A stretch of 63,745 nucleotides of DNA, filler included, from Olpidium bornovanus S191 (taxonomy: Eukaryota > Fungi > Olpidiomycota), in assembly GCA_017911155.1 (NCBI GenBank). It is 28 parts of 28 records of this genome, joined end to end, with 100 filler letters (N's around TTAATTAATTAA, not from the genome) between each part and the next. Parts side by side here need not be neighbours in the genome. Positions count along the whole stretch, not along the records: positions 35,490 to 36,783 come from JAEFCI010007427.1; positions 36,884 to 38,415 come from JAEFCI010004149.1; positions 38,516 to 40,869 come from JAEFCI010010184.1; positions 40,970 to 44,596 come from JAEFCI010010476.1; positions 44,697 to 46,698 come from JAEFCI010002215.1; positions 46,799 to 50,767 come from JAEFCI010008329.1; 22 more parts are not named here. One strand, written 5' to 3'. Every line of letters starts with the position of its first letter. The stretch's first letter is position 1. Positions 35,566-48,980 of the stretch are shown here, piece by piece. The notes beneath the pieces are model-generated. The model worked only from the letters and a program-made list of their open reading frames with translations, did not search any database and was not told the DNA's origin. Both the position numbers and the translations under genes were made by a program.

Positions 35566-36883
35566 GGGGGGGGGACCCGCCAGGCGGAGGAGCGGAGAGA
35601 ACGGAGGTGGGGGGAAGAAGGGCCGGACCGGAAGGGGGGTGGCGCACGACGTCGCACACGCAAGCGGAAGTCCCAGATGTTTCTGGTGCGGGGGCGTAGC
35701 GGGTAACGGGGGGCAGGCGGAAGGCCCCCCTCCTCCCCTCCCGCCGCTTGCTTCCCCGCCGCCCCGCCCCCGCCAGGGTATACAAAGGGGTCGCTTCGCT
35801 CAGTCCCGGCCGGTTTTCTTTTTTTCCCCGAGCCAGAGAGAGAAAGAGAGAGATGGGGTGGGTGGGACAGGAGAGGCAGAGACAGCAAAAAAAAAATTCT
35901 CCGCAAAAAAAAAGCCCCCCAGGCGTCCCGAGCCACCCGCTTCCGCCCCCACCCGGCTCCCGCCCCCACCCTCCGCCCGGATCAACCCCTTCCCCGCCCA
36001 CCACCACCACAACCACCACCGCCCCGCTTCTCCTTCCCCAAACAAAGAAATGGCTCGTCGCAGGTCCGAGAGGCTCGCGGCAGGCGGGCGAACGTGTCGG
36101 GGGACGGAGACGGGCGGCGCACCGTCAGCGCGTGTGGCCCCTTCCGGCTGCCGGGGGCCACCATCGCTCCAGGCGGGCTCGCCATGCTGTGGGCCCAAAC
36201 GCAGCGCAGGGAGCTCGTCGTCCCCGCGGCTGCCGCCTCGCCGCCGAGGAGGAAGCGGCCGCGTGAGAGCGAGGGCGTCGCGTGGGGTGCGGGAAGGGAC
36301 GCCGGCCGTCGTACCAGGCGCCGCGTCAACCTAGCGCCGCTTGCTCCGTCCGGCGCCCCCGCGGCCGCCGCCCTCGCCATCCCCTCCTCCCCTTCCGCCC
36401 CCTCCGCCCCCTCCCCCCCTCCGTCCCCTCCGTCCCCTCCGCCGCCGCCCGCTCGGGCCGCCGCCCGCTCGGGGCCCACCGCCCGCTCGGGCCCCCCACC
36501 GCCGCTGCTATCGCTCGCACGGGGTCCGCCTCCGCCGTCGTCACCGCCCGTTCGGGACCCGCCGCCCTCCGGCCCTCCCCAGCCCGGTCACCGCCGCTGA
36601 CGCCGACGACCTCGCCGCGGATCCGGCGACATCCGACCAGTGAGTAAATGCGTCCACTTTGCCATGAACGAAAAAAAAAAACAAACAAGAAACAAAAAAC
36701 AAAAGCTGATCAAAATGCGCTTGCGCGTCATTCTTTTTACCAACGATCTCACCGACGATGAAGAGGTGCCTATGGATCTGTGCNNNNNNNNNNNNNNNNN
36801 NNNNNNNNNNNNNNNNNNNNNNNNNNNTTAATTAATTAANNNNNNNNNNNNNNNNNNNNNNNNNNNNNNNNNNNNNNNNNNNN

Positions 36884-37950
36884 CATGCATCAAAGCCAAC
36901 AGAGCGCCGAGGGTAGCATTTCCCTCCTCCGCCAGCGACGCGCGGTTCAAAGTGGGATGGCTGGGCGGAACGAGCGCGAGAGAAATTTCCTACATTGTCT
37001 AAAGCTTTTTAGCATGCACCGACGAGACTTCGCGTCGTCGTCGTTGCAAGACTGACCTCAGCGGATGGAGACGGCGAGTGCACGGCGACGATGACCTCCA
37101 TAAGCTTCACTGCCGCGATCTTGATTCCCTCATTCGGTGATGCCTGCAGGAGTTGCAAGGCACGGGCCTTAAGTGAAACGGCGTCGTTCCATATGGCCGC
37201 GTTCTGCGGGTACAGCGCTCTAGAAAATGGAAAAGATCCAAGGAAAATGAAGAGGAGGGAAAATACAGGACGAGGGAGAAATCCGGACCAGCACTCCTCC
37301 CTCCAGAGCACACGTTTCGATGTGGCCAGAGTGGGCCAACGCGCGGCCCCAAAGCAGACTCGACAAAGAACGTACACGTTCTGAAAGGCAAACGGATAAA
37401 TCGCCGTGAAAGCCGCAATAGTGTGCTTGACGACCGCGGGGTTTTCGTCTGACACCAGCCGAGATAACCACGCTTGCGTGTGGGCGAGGACTGGGGTTTC
37501 AAGTAAACAGGGGGTTTAAGCCGAGTGCCTTTTGACAAGAGGTGCAAAGCCGGAAAAATAAGGGCCCCTTGAGCATGAGCGGCGACGGAGAATTCCCTTG
37601 AGGGGTCTAAGCTGCCGTCCTCGGCCGTTCAAAGTGGCCGTCCCTTCCGTTTCGGGCTTCCCCGTAAGCTCCGCTCCCTCGTGCTCACCGGCGGCAGCGT
37701 CCGCAGTGGCGTGCGTCGCCGCAACGGCTTCTCCCGCGAAGGAAGCGGCCCATATCCTGGCGTCGGCGAGACTGTCCGCGGCGAAGGCGAGAGCGTGCTG
37801 ATACACCGCAGGAAAAACAGCGGGCACGGCCTCGGCCAGCGTCCTCACAACCTTCAGCAACTCCATCTTCCCGTCTTTGTCTGCAGCGCTCGCGCCCTGC
37901 AGCAGCCCGAGAGCCTGCTCGCTAGGCGGCAGAGGCAACAAGGAGGACAT
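36884..37950 (-). CDS. Symplekin/Pta1 N-terminal region, 3' partial
   Basis: DENPAVVKHTIAAFTAIYPFAF and WNDAVSLKARALQLLQASPNEGIKIAAVKLMEVIV match the symplekin N-terminal HEAT domain. Confidence 0.8.
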
Positions 37951-38642
37951 TGAAAGCTGGGGCGGAGAGCTCCGGGAATCCTGGCTCGCCGCCTTGGTTG
38001 GGCCTGCGGTGGTGGGTCGCGGGGGGAGGGCGGGGGGCGCCAGTCCCGGCACTGCGTCGTCTCGTTGTTGGCAAATAGCGGTGCAGGAAAGGCCGCAATC
38101 GCTTTGTGCGCACGCGGTGTCACGTGATCTGCACACGCCTTTTTGATCGCTGGTGCGACCCCCCGCTGCATGCGCCAAGACATTCCAACTCCCTGTTCAT
38201 GCAACTCCGACCGCCAAGGGACGAGAAGCTGTGGGCCTTGCAATTCCACCTCGGACTGTCCGGGAACCACAAAACGAGATTGTCCTGATGGTGGTAGCCA
38301 GGCGGGACAACTGCCGTCTAAGAAGCAGCTCTGCATGACCTGAGAGTCTAAGAGGAGATTGATCATAACCCAAGGAGCCGGAATTGCCGGGGATGGAACC
38401 GCGAAGGCAAAGGGGNNNNNNNNNNNNNNNNNNNNNNNNNNNNNNNNNNNNNNNNNNNNTTAATTAATTAANNNNNNNNNNNNNNNNNNNNNNNNNNNNN
38501 NNNNNNNNNNNNNNNCATGATGCCTGGAACGGGAGAAAGGATGGCAGCGTGAACACCGCACAATTGGGCCGTCGAGAACGTCGGAATAAAAAAGAAAAAT
38601 CGAGAGAAGTCGTTCGCCCGAACTTCGAGAGCGATCACGCAC

Positions 38643-40869
38643 CATAAACTCGTTCACCGCGCTCCGGCGGTACTCCTGCGTGTCGCTCTTCCTGGCCGAG
38701 AAAAGGGCGTCCAGCTCGTCGACAAACAGGACCGTGGGCGCCAATTTCGCCGCAAGAGTGAAAACCGCCCGGATGTTCTTCTCGCTTTCGCCCACCCACT
38801 TGGCCAACACGCCCGATAGATCCACGCTCATCATCGTGCACCCGCTCTCACTCGCCACCGCCTTGGCGAGGAGGGTCTTGCCCGTCCCGGGCGGGCCGAA
38901 AAGGAGGATGCCGGAGATCTGCTGGCGGGCGAGCACGCCGCTTGAGAAAAGCTCGGGCCGAATCAGCGGCAGGATTATCGTCTTTTGGATCGTTCGGATC
39001 GCCGCTTCGGGGAGGTGAACGTCGCTGAAACGGGCGTCGATGGATTCTTTGGGAGGCGGGGCGCAGTTGACGGTGGACGAAAAGTTTGGGGTGGGGGTGT
39101 GGCGCGGGCGGGGGCGGGGGCTAAAGTTACTTTCGGTTTTCCCCGGGAAAATCGGTGGCCGCGCCGCACGGATCGTCACCAACGCGCAGAAAACGAGAGT
39201 ACGCGCGCACCTGGCGAAACGACGTTCCCCAGCATCTTCTTCTCGTACCTGTCCAGGCCTTCGATGGCGCTTTCCATCCTGCCCGACTGGACGCCGGCAC
39301 CGCCACTGCAACCACGCGCCGAGTTCTCCGCGTCCTCCTTCCAGGACCCCCTGCCCTTTGGTTTCCTTTCGTTCGACAAGTTTTCGTCCAAGACGACCTG
39401 GTACTTCGGGGGCGAACGCGTCGCGTTCAGGTGGAATTCCACCTCGTCTGGGCCCACGCCTTCAAGGCAATGGGCGATGTCGTCCTCAATTTCGGCGCGG
39501 AGCTGGAGAGGGGATAGGCTCGTGATCTGCACCAGCCTGAAGGCGTGGATGAGGTGCTGAAGGCGAACCGGCTTCCGGTACGAAGCGTTCGCCGCCGGCG
39601 ACGCGGCTGGGTCGCCCCTGCCGTACAGCCTTTCGGCAAGCGCGCCGGTCGCGGGCTTGGCCGCCGTCCCGGCCGCCGTGGCCGCCAGCTTCTGGGCCTG
39701 CGCCGGGGTGAGCAGGTGCTCCGCCAGAAACCTTAGTAATTCGCCGCGGGCCGTCGATTTCGCCGCCCGGGCCGCGATCCACTGGGGGGCGTTTTTTCGC
39801 ACGCGGATCTCCGCCGTACCCTCAGCGCCGAACGGCTGCGGCTTGCGCGCATGGCGCGAGTCCTGGATGTAGTACAATGACCTGCCTCCGGGAGAAACGC
39901 CTGGCGGCTGCGGCTGGCCTGTAAATGGATTGCGGCACGGATACGGCACGTGCAGGTGCAGGCACCGAGTCACGTCCTCCGGGGTTCCGTGCGTGTAGCG
40001 GACGACGTCGTCTAGCCATTTGAATTTCTTCACCCGCGCTAGAGAGACGTCCGTATCCCATGCCGACATCGAGTAGACGATGTATTTGCCGTTCCTCCCG
40101 ACCTTCGCTGACTGCGACACCAGACGGTCGGCGGGCGCTGCAACTGGATACTGCCGAACCTTGGCGTCCTCCTCCTCCTTCTCCACCCATAGTCGCTCAT
40201 CTTCCTCCAGGAGCAAGTCCGCGCCCTGCGCCCGACAAGCTGCCCTCAGATTTGCAAGGTTAACCTCATAAATTCTCCTCCGCTGCCGCTTTTCACAGCA
40301 CTCATCCCAAAGTGCCACGAGCTGCTGGCCGGACGCTGGGAATCCATACCGCGTCAGGCTCGTCGCTGGCGAAAGAAGGACTACCGGGGGAAACTTGACG
40401 TCCGAACACAGGGCGCTCGCTGAGGAATTCCAGCTCTTCCATTGCCCTCAAATTCAGCGGTACTGGGTTGTAGGCGGAACTGCTGCGGTTCAGCTTCGCC
40501 GATTGGGACTTTCGGAAGGCGCACTCGCCGGCTCCATTGACACTGGAGAAGGGGCCGTACAGAGCCACAATGCACACCCGCACGCCTTGCCTGGTAATTC
40601 CCCGGCATCGAGTAAGCAATTGCAGGCATTCTAAACTCAGGGCGCTCCGGAATACTATATGAACTCACGCTCTCTGGCGCTTCACCGCCCGAACAAGGGC
40701 TTCCACAAGAGTGGTGTCTTCCGCGGCGCCGTTCATCCTCTCGACGTCACTAAACACCAATATCCTAGGTCGGTTCTGGTCCCTCTTCGTCAGGATCCCG
40801 CCCCTCTTCACGAAGTCCCTCGATTCCGGCATGGCGACAAGCACGTCTAGCATGGAGTCGAGCACCGAC
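38643..40869 (-). CDS. AAA+ ATPase of the MSP1/ATAD1-spastin clade with long N-terminal extension, partial
   Basis: LDRYEKKMLGNVVSP, FSDVHL, LPLIRPELFSSGVL, Walker A GPPGTGKT, KWVGESEKNIRAVF, Walker B LFVDELD. Confidence 0.9.
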
Positions 40870-41612
40870 NNNNNNNNNNNNNNNNNNNNNNNNNNNNNNN
40901 NNNNNNNNNNNNNTTAATTAATTAANNNNNNNNNNNNNNNNNNNNNNNNNNNNNNNNNNNNNNNNNNNNGGGAAGGACGAGCACGGGATGATACGGTCAA
41001 CGGCCTCCCGCAGCTTTGTTCAAAGCTTTTGCAGGATCAGAGAAAACCACGGAGGTCGGCGCGTTGCTGGCGTCGACAGCAAACCGGGAAACGCGCTGTT
41101 TTCCGCGGGGAAACCTGCCCATGCGCGTAATGCGACTGCGGCCCTCAATCCACGTCAGGCGGGTTAAGCGGGATGTGCGAGAGGGTCGCGAACGAGGAAC
41201 CAGCCGATGCGGGGGATAAAAATGCGCATGCAGCTGCCGCGCCCTGCCTGCTGATACGACGGTTGACGGAGAATTCGCACCGGAAGAAAAAAAAAAAAAA
41301 AAACATAACCGGAAGCAGACCGGGGTCGCACACACCCAACCCCGAAAACGCCGAGAACTTAGGAGCCAAACAAAAAGCTGACGGGACTTCCCCCCTCTCC
41401 CCGCGTCCTCCTCCTCCTCCCTCACAGTCCACGGCGAACGCGACCGGCCGCGTCGCTGGGGGGTTTGTAAGGGAGGGTGCAGAACTCAGCCGCGGGGCTC
41501 CCGATCTCGCGTGCGCCACTGAACGCCCGACGCCCCCGCTGCATGAAAAAATAAAATAAAATCGTGGGCCCCGACGAGAGCCACGGTCTCGTTCAGCCTT
41601 CGACCGCCTTCT

Positions 41613-41643
<31 letters not shown>

Positions 41644-41702
41644 ACCACCACGTCATCAAATTCGGGATTTAGCGGAGAGAGAGAGCATCTGCTCGGTGTG
41701 CG

Positions 41703-43498
41703 ATGGTGAGCAGAGAGCTAAATATGGACGACCTCTCGTGTTCGCAGGTCGATGGGGAAATGGCCGCGCACGCCGCGCGGGAGGTACCAGGAAAGCGTCG
41801 CTCATTTCCTTTGCTTTGCGTGCCTCCCAAGGTGTTGGACCTTGACGTGTGCATCGAGCAGTTGTATGACCGCAAGCTGCTCGCCGAGCCGCTGATCCGG
41901 GAAATTTGCGAGCGGACAAAGGAGTTGCTGATGAGGGAGTCCAACGTTGTCCACATTTCCAGCCCTGTAACAGTGGTGGGCGACATTCACGGGTGAGCGA
42001 ATTCGGGGAGCCTGTAGGGCCCACGTTTGGCCTCTCCCTCGGAACGCTTGCTTTGCCCGACGACAACAAAAGGGTGTGACGACCGCTTTTTGCAGCGTTG
42101 ATGGCCCCGCCGGTTTAACCGCAGGCAGTTCTACGACCTTAAAGAGATCTTCCGGATAGGCGGTTCCTGCCCGAACACCAACTACTTATTTCTTGGTAAG
42201 TGCCGAAGGCGTCGCCTTTCGCCACAACGGAACTACACGCGGATCAAGCCGTCTCTTAAAAAATCAAAATACGAGAAAGTTTCATGACTTCCGTTGACGG
42301 TAATAAAACAGGTGACTACGTGGACAGGGGCCTCTTCAGCGTAGAGACAGTCAGCCTTCTTGTGTGCCTGAAGCTGAGGTACCCGAACCGTGTCCAACTC
42401 GTGCGGGGGAATCATGAGTCACGATCGGTTACCCAGGTCAGCCTGTGGGTTGATGAGCGGAACCCGAAATGATTGTACCTGTCAGCTCACCAGGCCTGAT
42501 AGCACTTTGTGCCGCCTTCCGTTCCATAGACGTACGGGTTTTACAGCGAGTGTATGCGGAAGTATGGCAATGCGAACATTTGGCAGTATTTCACGGATCT
42601 GTTCGACTTCCTCACGCTGAGCGTGGTCATCGACGATTCCATATTTTGCGTCCATGGCGGTGAGCTCTCTTTCCGGTTAAGAGTTAGAAGAATACGTTTG
42701 GACGCCGAAGATTGACCACCGGCGGCTTGCCCAGGTCTCTCACCTTCAATACATACCATTAATCAGATTAAGCTCTTGGATCGATTTCGAGGTTGGTTGG
42801 TCCACTTCTATGCGCCACCAACGCCAAAATGCGCCCGCACTGCTCGAAATACGCCATGTAACACCTTTGTCAAACGCGTTTCACCGTAGAGATTCCACAT
42901 GAAGGCCCAATGGCTGACCTAATGTGGTCTGATCCAGAAGCTGATCGTGAGGACTTTGCCATGTCCCCGCGAGGTGCTGGATTCACCTTCGGCAGCGCCA
43001 TCGTGCGCAAATTCCTCGAGATAAATAACATGCAGCATATACTTCGCGCACATCAGCTGTGCATGGAGGGGTACCAGGTTGGTGAAAGCATCCATTTTTG
43101 TTAGTCGGCACTTTAACGCAGTGAGCGTCGGGTTTCGGCTTCAGACTAAACGGGTTCTCCTCCCTGGCACAACGACGTTGGAGAAGGTACTGTATGACGG
43201 TCGTCTGTCCACCGTGTGGTCGGCACCGAACTACTGTTACAGGTGCGGTAATATGGCGTCTATCCTGGAGGTCGGGCCCGGACTCGAGAGGTACTTCAAC
43301 GTGTTCACGGCTGCCCCTGACAATGAGCGGGATCGGTCCTCACAAGGTTTATCCGGCGGGGAGGTGAGTTTGCGTGAGTGATTTTAAGTGTGAAGCCGAA
43401 GGACTCGGTATTGGCTTTTTAATGCACCTTCCCTGGAGGCTGATGCCACTGTCTGCGGACCGTGTACGTGTCAGGTCCATGTAGAGTACTTTTTGTGA
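41703..43498 (+). CDS. PPG1: PP2A-related Ser/Thr phosphatase Ppg1, complete
   Basis: M|[16 protein letters not shown]|[48 protein letters not shown] and C-terminal VEYFL*. The [14 protein letters not shown] and LCMEGY motifs are Ppg1-type. Confidence 0.92.
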
Positions 43499-45084
43499 GA
43501 TAGTGCGCTGGTGTATGGGGTCGGTGCGCAAGTAGTCAGATGCGATTGAACAACACGATGTTTCGACGTGCATTGATGCGTTATGAGCCTCTGCGCGGTT
43601 TATTTGGGAAAGTCTGTCACTGGCCAGCCCCGGCCTGCAATAACGTCGCCATGCCACACAACTTGTGCGCGCGGCAAAACATTCGTCGGGCAGCGGGCGG
43701 CGTTTTTTTGTTTGATTTTGTGGAGAACAGGAGCGAATCAGGCAGCGCGTCGCGGTGAATTCGTTATTGGATGAATTGAACGACTCGGATAAACCACCGT
43801 TGCGTCTCAGTAATCGGGAAACGGCTCAGCTGGCCAAAAACAAATTGGGTGGGTCTGCTGGCAATGTGACATCTCCATTCTAGCTGTACACAGTGGACTT
43901 CACGGGGACAAAATATGAACAGCAAAACAAAAAGTTCTGTAAAATGGATACAACAATACTGAAGAGTAGACTCTGTGGTAGCAGTTCAGCATCGCTGGAC
44001 AATTCTGAACAGCAGTAATTCCACTTCTGAGCAGCAATAGGTTCCGCACTGTACCACAGGATGTTCAGCGTGGAATGGATTCGCGTGGTCACTTTCTGAA
44101 GGCCGTATTCTTGGCAATTCGGAGGAGTGGGTGCCATTGCGTGTCGTAACGCCGACAATCATTTCGGCCGTTCACACTGATTTGCTTTCCTCAACACCCC
44201 ACCTGAAATGACAAGAACAACCCTTTTTTGAATTTTGCTGTGTATGAGAAGATATGACTGTACAGACAGCTGCATACGCTGTAGTTGCGGACACCCATCA
44301 GCATTTGCATCAAACTGCAGGCTAACATTGGCTTACTCATCACTGCCGCTGTCCTCCTTCTGGAACTCCTCGCTTTTTGCTCAGCCATGGCGATTGTGGA
44401 CCGGAAGGTCCCCCGTCCACATGCCCTCGTCGTGTTTCCAAAGCTCCTTCAGCATCTCATTGAATGGCGCGCAAGAGCGTTGCTTCCTTGCGCATCGCAT
44501 TCCTGCTCAGTCAAGTCAGTCAGCCATGGCCGGCTCTCCATTGTCACAACGCCGCTTACATCGAAGCTCAGCTGGGCAACGTCCGTCACGGCTGAANNNN
44601 NNNNNNNNNNNNNNNNNNNNNNNNNNNNNNNNNNNNNNNNTTAATTAATTAANNNNNNNNNNNNNNNNNNNNNNNNNNNNNNNNNNNNNNNNNNNNGTGG
44701 TGGGCGGGGGGGGGGGGGGGGGGGGGGGGGGTGTGGCGGGGGGGGGGGGGGGGGGGGGCCGCAGCGCCGCGGAAGGTTTTGGCCGAGGCAGGCGAGCGCC
44801 CCGGTGATGGGCCTGCGGCGTATGATGACGCGCGGTAGAGGGGCGTTACGGGACGGAGGAAGCAGCAGATGCGCAATTCGCAATTCGCCCGCCGAACCCT
44901 GTCCGCGGGAAAGAGGGCCCCCGCGTGCACGTTTGAAAAAAAAAAAAAGAAAAAACTTCCCGCTCCTCCTCCGCCTCGCCGGTTCCCCCCCCCCCCCAAA
45001 CCCCCCCCCCCCCCTTCGCCCCCAGCCCCGCACCCCTCTCCGTCTCCCTCTTTCCGCGGTCAAGCGCGGCTGCCGCGGGAAAGC

Positions 45085-46553
45085 ATGGAGTACGTCGCGA
45101 GCTTACGCGCGCTGAACAAGCGCCAGGTGAGTGGGCGGAGAGAGCGAGAGAGAGAGAGAGACAGAGAGAGAGAGAGAGCAGAGAGAGAGAGAGAGAGAGA
45201 GAGGGAAAGAAGAGGCGCGCCGTCGCAGCCGGCGGGAAGAAGAGGGCCCCTCCTTGAGCCCACTCGAGACGGCCCGCAAGTTTTCCCTTCCCCACCCCGA
45301 GCGGAAGAGAACGCAGCTTCCCCCGCCCAGCCGCGGCGCGAGGAAGTTCCCTGCGGGCTCGGCAATACACCCGGCGTGCCGCGACTATGTTTTTCCGCCG
45401 GCGGGGCGCCGTTGCGGAATTTCCAACCCCGCGCGGGGCGGCCGGACCGTCGCCCACCTGACGCCTGTCCGTCACTTTTTTTTTTTTTTGTCGTTATACG
45501 CCCGCGCCACGTTTTTTTCTCTCCCCAAGCTCGCCACGCAGGCGATGGCGTTTCTTATGGTTATGTCGTCCGCGCTGATGATCTACAAGGGCCTGCAGGT
45601 CTGGGGCCGGACAGAGAGCCCGATCATCGTCGTGCTCAGGTGCGGAAAAGGGACCGAACCGGGAGAGGGGCGCGCGTGGGGGAGGGGTGGGGGAGGAGGG
45701 TGGACAAAGGGTGGAGTTTTTTCGCGAAATCGCGCACCGTCCAGGACTTTACCCCGTGTACCGTTTTGCGCGTTTCGCCGGGGGTGGGAAGGGGAAGAAA
45801 GAGGGGGGGTGGGGGGCACCGCTATTTGCCTGTGCAATCGTCGCGACCGGAAGGCGTGGGCCGCGACTTCTCCCGCGGGCTTTGTCTTTTTTTTTTCTTT
45901 TTTTTACCGGAACGGCGGATTCACATCCAACTTTGGGCCAATCGACCTCTTCTGCCCGCTCCGCCCACCAACCGGCCAACGTTGCCCGCGCGCGCGACCA
46001 GCGGGAGCATGGAGCCCGCGTTCCACCGAGGGGACCTGCTTTTCCTCTCGTTGCCCAGGGCGCCCGTCGAGGTCGGGGACATTTGCGTGTTTAAGATCAA
46101 AGACCGCGGGGTGCCGATCGTGCACCGCGTCATCAAAGCGCACAACGAGTGAGTCGAATCGACAAAGAAGAAGGGGGAGGGGGAAGAATAATGAAAAAAA
46201 GAAACGAAGGAAACAAAGAAGAGAAGAAAAAAAAAGGGGGGGGGGAAATGAAGGAAAAAAGAAAGAAGGCCGCGCGTGCACGACGCCGACGCCGTCCGGC
46301 AAGTCGGAAACGAACGCGGACGCGGGCGGCCGCCGCGACAAATAAACTCGGGTCCGCCGTTTTCGCTTGCTGGAGCTTGGGTACCGCCAGAGGGATTTCG
46401 GTTTCTCACCGCTAAAGAAAACTCGTCCAGGAATTCGACGGGTAAGCAGTTCCTTCTGACTAAAGGCGACAACAACCCCGCGGACGACCGGGGCCTGTAC
46501 AATCCGGGTCAGCTTTGGATCCACAAGGAAGACATCGTCGGCTGCGTGACCGG
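45085..46553 (+). CDS. SEC11: Signal peptidase complex catalytic subunit Sec11, 3' partial
   Basis: ESPIIVVL|[41 protein letters not shown]. Confidence 0.96.
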
Positions 46554-47947
46554 GTGAGCGCTTTTTCTTGTGCTCGTTTTGCCCGCCCGGGCGTCGTCGA
46601 ACGCGCGAGATCGCGGCCGCAGGAAGAAGGGGCCCGGTCGCCTCAGACGCGCGCTCATCTCCCGCCATCAAAACCCCGTCCCGTCCCGGCGCGCATGANN
46701 NNNNNNNNNNNNNNNNNNNNNNNNNNNNNNNNNNNNNNNNNNTTAATTAATTAANNNNNNNNNNNNNNNNNNNNNNNNNNNNNNNNNNNNNNNNNNNNAA
46801 CATGTTTTGGAACGCCGGCGGCCGCAGCGCCCCTCGGCATCTCACACCATTCCGCAACACGCGGCGAATTGCGAGAACAAAGTCGGACGAGGCCGGGAAC
46901 GACAGAAGGCGCGCGCCTTACTTAATCCGGACAACTCCATTGACCTCCAATTTCCACCCCGCAGAAAGGACGGAGGCCCCTTGGTCCATTCCTCTGTATG
47001 CCCGGAATGAGATCATGTAGGCAGCGCATACATTTCGGCGCGAGGTAGCCTGTTCAGGCCAATCGATAACCGTTTCAGCGAGCATCCTGCGTAGTAGCGT
47101 AAAATATGGACTTCTTTTGTCGGGAACGCTAATGCGCGCGCGCCGTCACATGCGGCGACCCGGGTTTCGATTGCGGAAAACTCGTTTGGGGGGGAGGGGG
47201 TGCAGGCGTGGAAGAAATAGATATTTGGTGACGGGCGCGAACGGACGCGGGCCAGAACCCCATTTCTCGATGCTCTGGTCGAGAAACGGATTTAGCTTTT
47301 TGCCGACATATCCCGCCATTGACCGGCCGCGGCATATTGGAACCAGAACGAACGATAAAATTCAAGCTGTCGGGCGCTGAAGCAAAAACCCCTTCACCCC
47401 GTCCCCCGCCGCCTCCGCGGTTTATCTACGCATCGGGATGCCCTCTGGCAAAAGGTTGGGAAGCTCTTGCAAGGCTTTCCCCGTAACCGCCTGAACTCAT
47501 CGGCTCCAATGTCGTCACGGCAATTTCGGCTCTTGGAGCAAGCAGACATTCTCTGAGATCACGTCCAAAACTTCCGCTTGGCCGCTTCCAGTTTGGAAAC
47601 CACCCTGTTCCCGGTTCCCGCTGCCAGAAACGTTCATCAAGCGCCGCGGGCCGGGATGCTGACAGGAAGGCTGCCACGCCTGAATTTGCGAGGATCTCGT
47701 CCAATTCTGTTAGTAATGACCGCTGGGAACCTCGCGGCTGCAAGCGCGGAAAATTGCGACGTCGGAGCGAGCGCTTTGTTAACATCGTGCAGGTTGGCCG
47801 GCCGCAGGAATGTTCTTTGGGGCAGAATCATCCGCACGCTTATTTTTGCGCCGTCACGCGCGCTGGGGTACGTTTTGAGGCACGGAACAGCCGCCGCCCG
47901 CCTGCGGCGCTGCCTGCATTGCCAGGGCCTGTCACAATCGCTGCACT

Positions 47948-48980
47948 CCCTGGTCGAACAGCGAAAGCGAACGCCTTGTCAAAATGGTCAACCGCAGATC
48001 GCCGACGCACAAGAAGATTCCTTGGACCAAACTGTCTGTCTATTTTCCGGGGCGAAGCCCTTTTTCTCTAACAGGAAAGATTCGGCGTCAAATGCCACAG
48101 CTGGGAAGCGGAGCCAGTTTCCGGATCATCCAGGTCCGAGAAAACAAGAAAACATTCTGGCTGCCGGTCGAATCAAAAATGCTGGTCAAAGTGGCCAACC
48201 GCATGCTGGAAACCCACGACAGAGTTAGTTGGCGTGCATTGGCTGCATATTTTCCCGGACGAAGTCCCCAAGCTCTTAAAGGCAGATTCTGGGAGGTGGA
48301 ACGGTCGCAGCTTGTTCGCGGAGGCAACACACTCCGCATTTCCAGGGCGTGGCGTCGTTGGTCAGGCGATGAGATCGAACGGCTGAAAACACCCATAGGG
48401 AAACAGCAGAATGAATTGGGTCAGTGTGCCAAAACAAGTTAGAAGGACAGCTCCAGCCTGCCGGGCAAAGGCGAAAGAAGTTGGAGCATGCGAACCTCGC
48501 CTGTTTAGCCCCTTCACGTTAGAGGAGGCGGGCCGCCTCAATGAGATGGTATCACAACGGCTGAAGGCCAGGGGTAAAGTATACTAGGGCGATCTTGCGA
48601 TTGAATTCTTTCCGGAACCGACTCCAGGCACGCTCTACTACAATTATAGGAAAATCCACGCCGAATACAAACCTGAGGTTATTCCATGGGCGCGGACAAA
48701 CCTGCCTAAAAGCATCGGAACGAGGAGAACAATTCAGTGTTGTCAGCTGTTCGGCCATCTGGGCTTCGGACATTCGTGGTGATCGAGGAATGGCACACGT
48801 TTTTCAATGTCCCCGAATTGTTATCAAACGCCTTTCGTATTTAGTGCCCAAGAGGGGTTGGTCTGCCGATGAGGTTTCCGCCGTCGTCAAGTTTGCAAAA
48901 TCGGACGACGGATCCCGCAAAAGCCTTGACGTCTTGATTTCAGGCCGGCCGTACAAGGCTTGTGCGCAGTTGGTTAGTTT
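47948..48980 (+). pseudogene. Intronless, decayed ORF with at least 5 Myb/SANT-like repeats
   Basis: Repeats PWSNSESERLVKMV..IPWTKLSVYFPGRS; FWLPVESKML..VSWRALAAYFPGRSPQALKGRF; RWSGDEIERLK/(frameshift)MNWVSV; PFTLEEAGRL..VY*GDLAIEFFP (TAG at 48585 where W is expected); GWSADEVSAV..ISGRPYKAC. Confidence 0.65.

Noticed and set aside
19999-43498. Two STRIPAK/Far-complex components (SIKE/Far3-like and Ppg1) in one window as a gene cluster
   Set aside because: They lie on different contigs separated by linkers, so there is no evidence of linkage.
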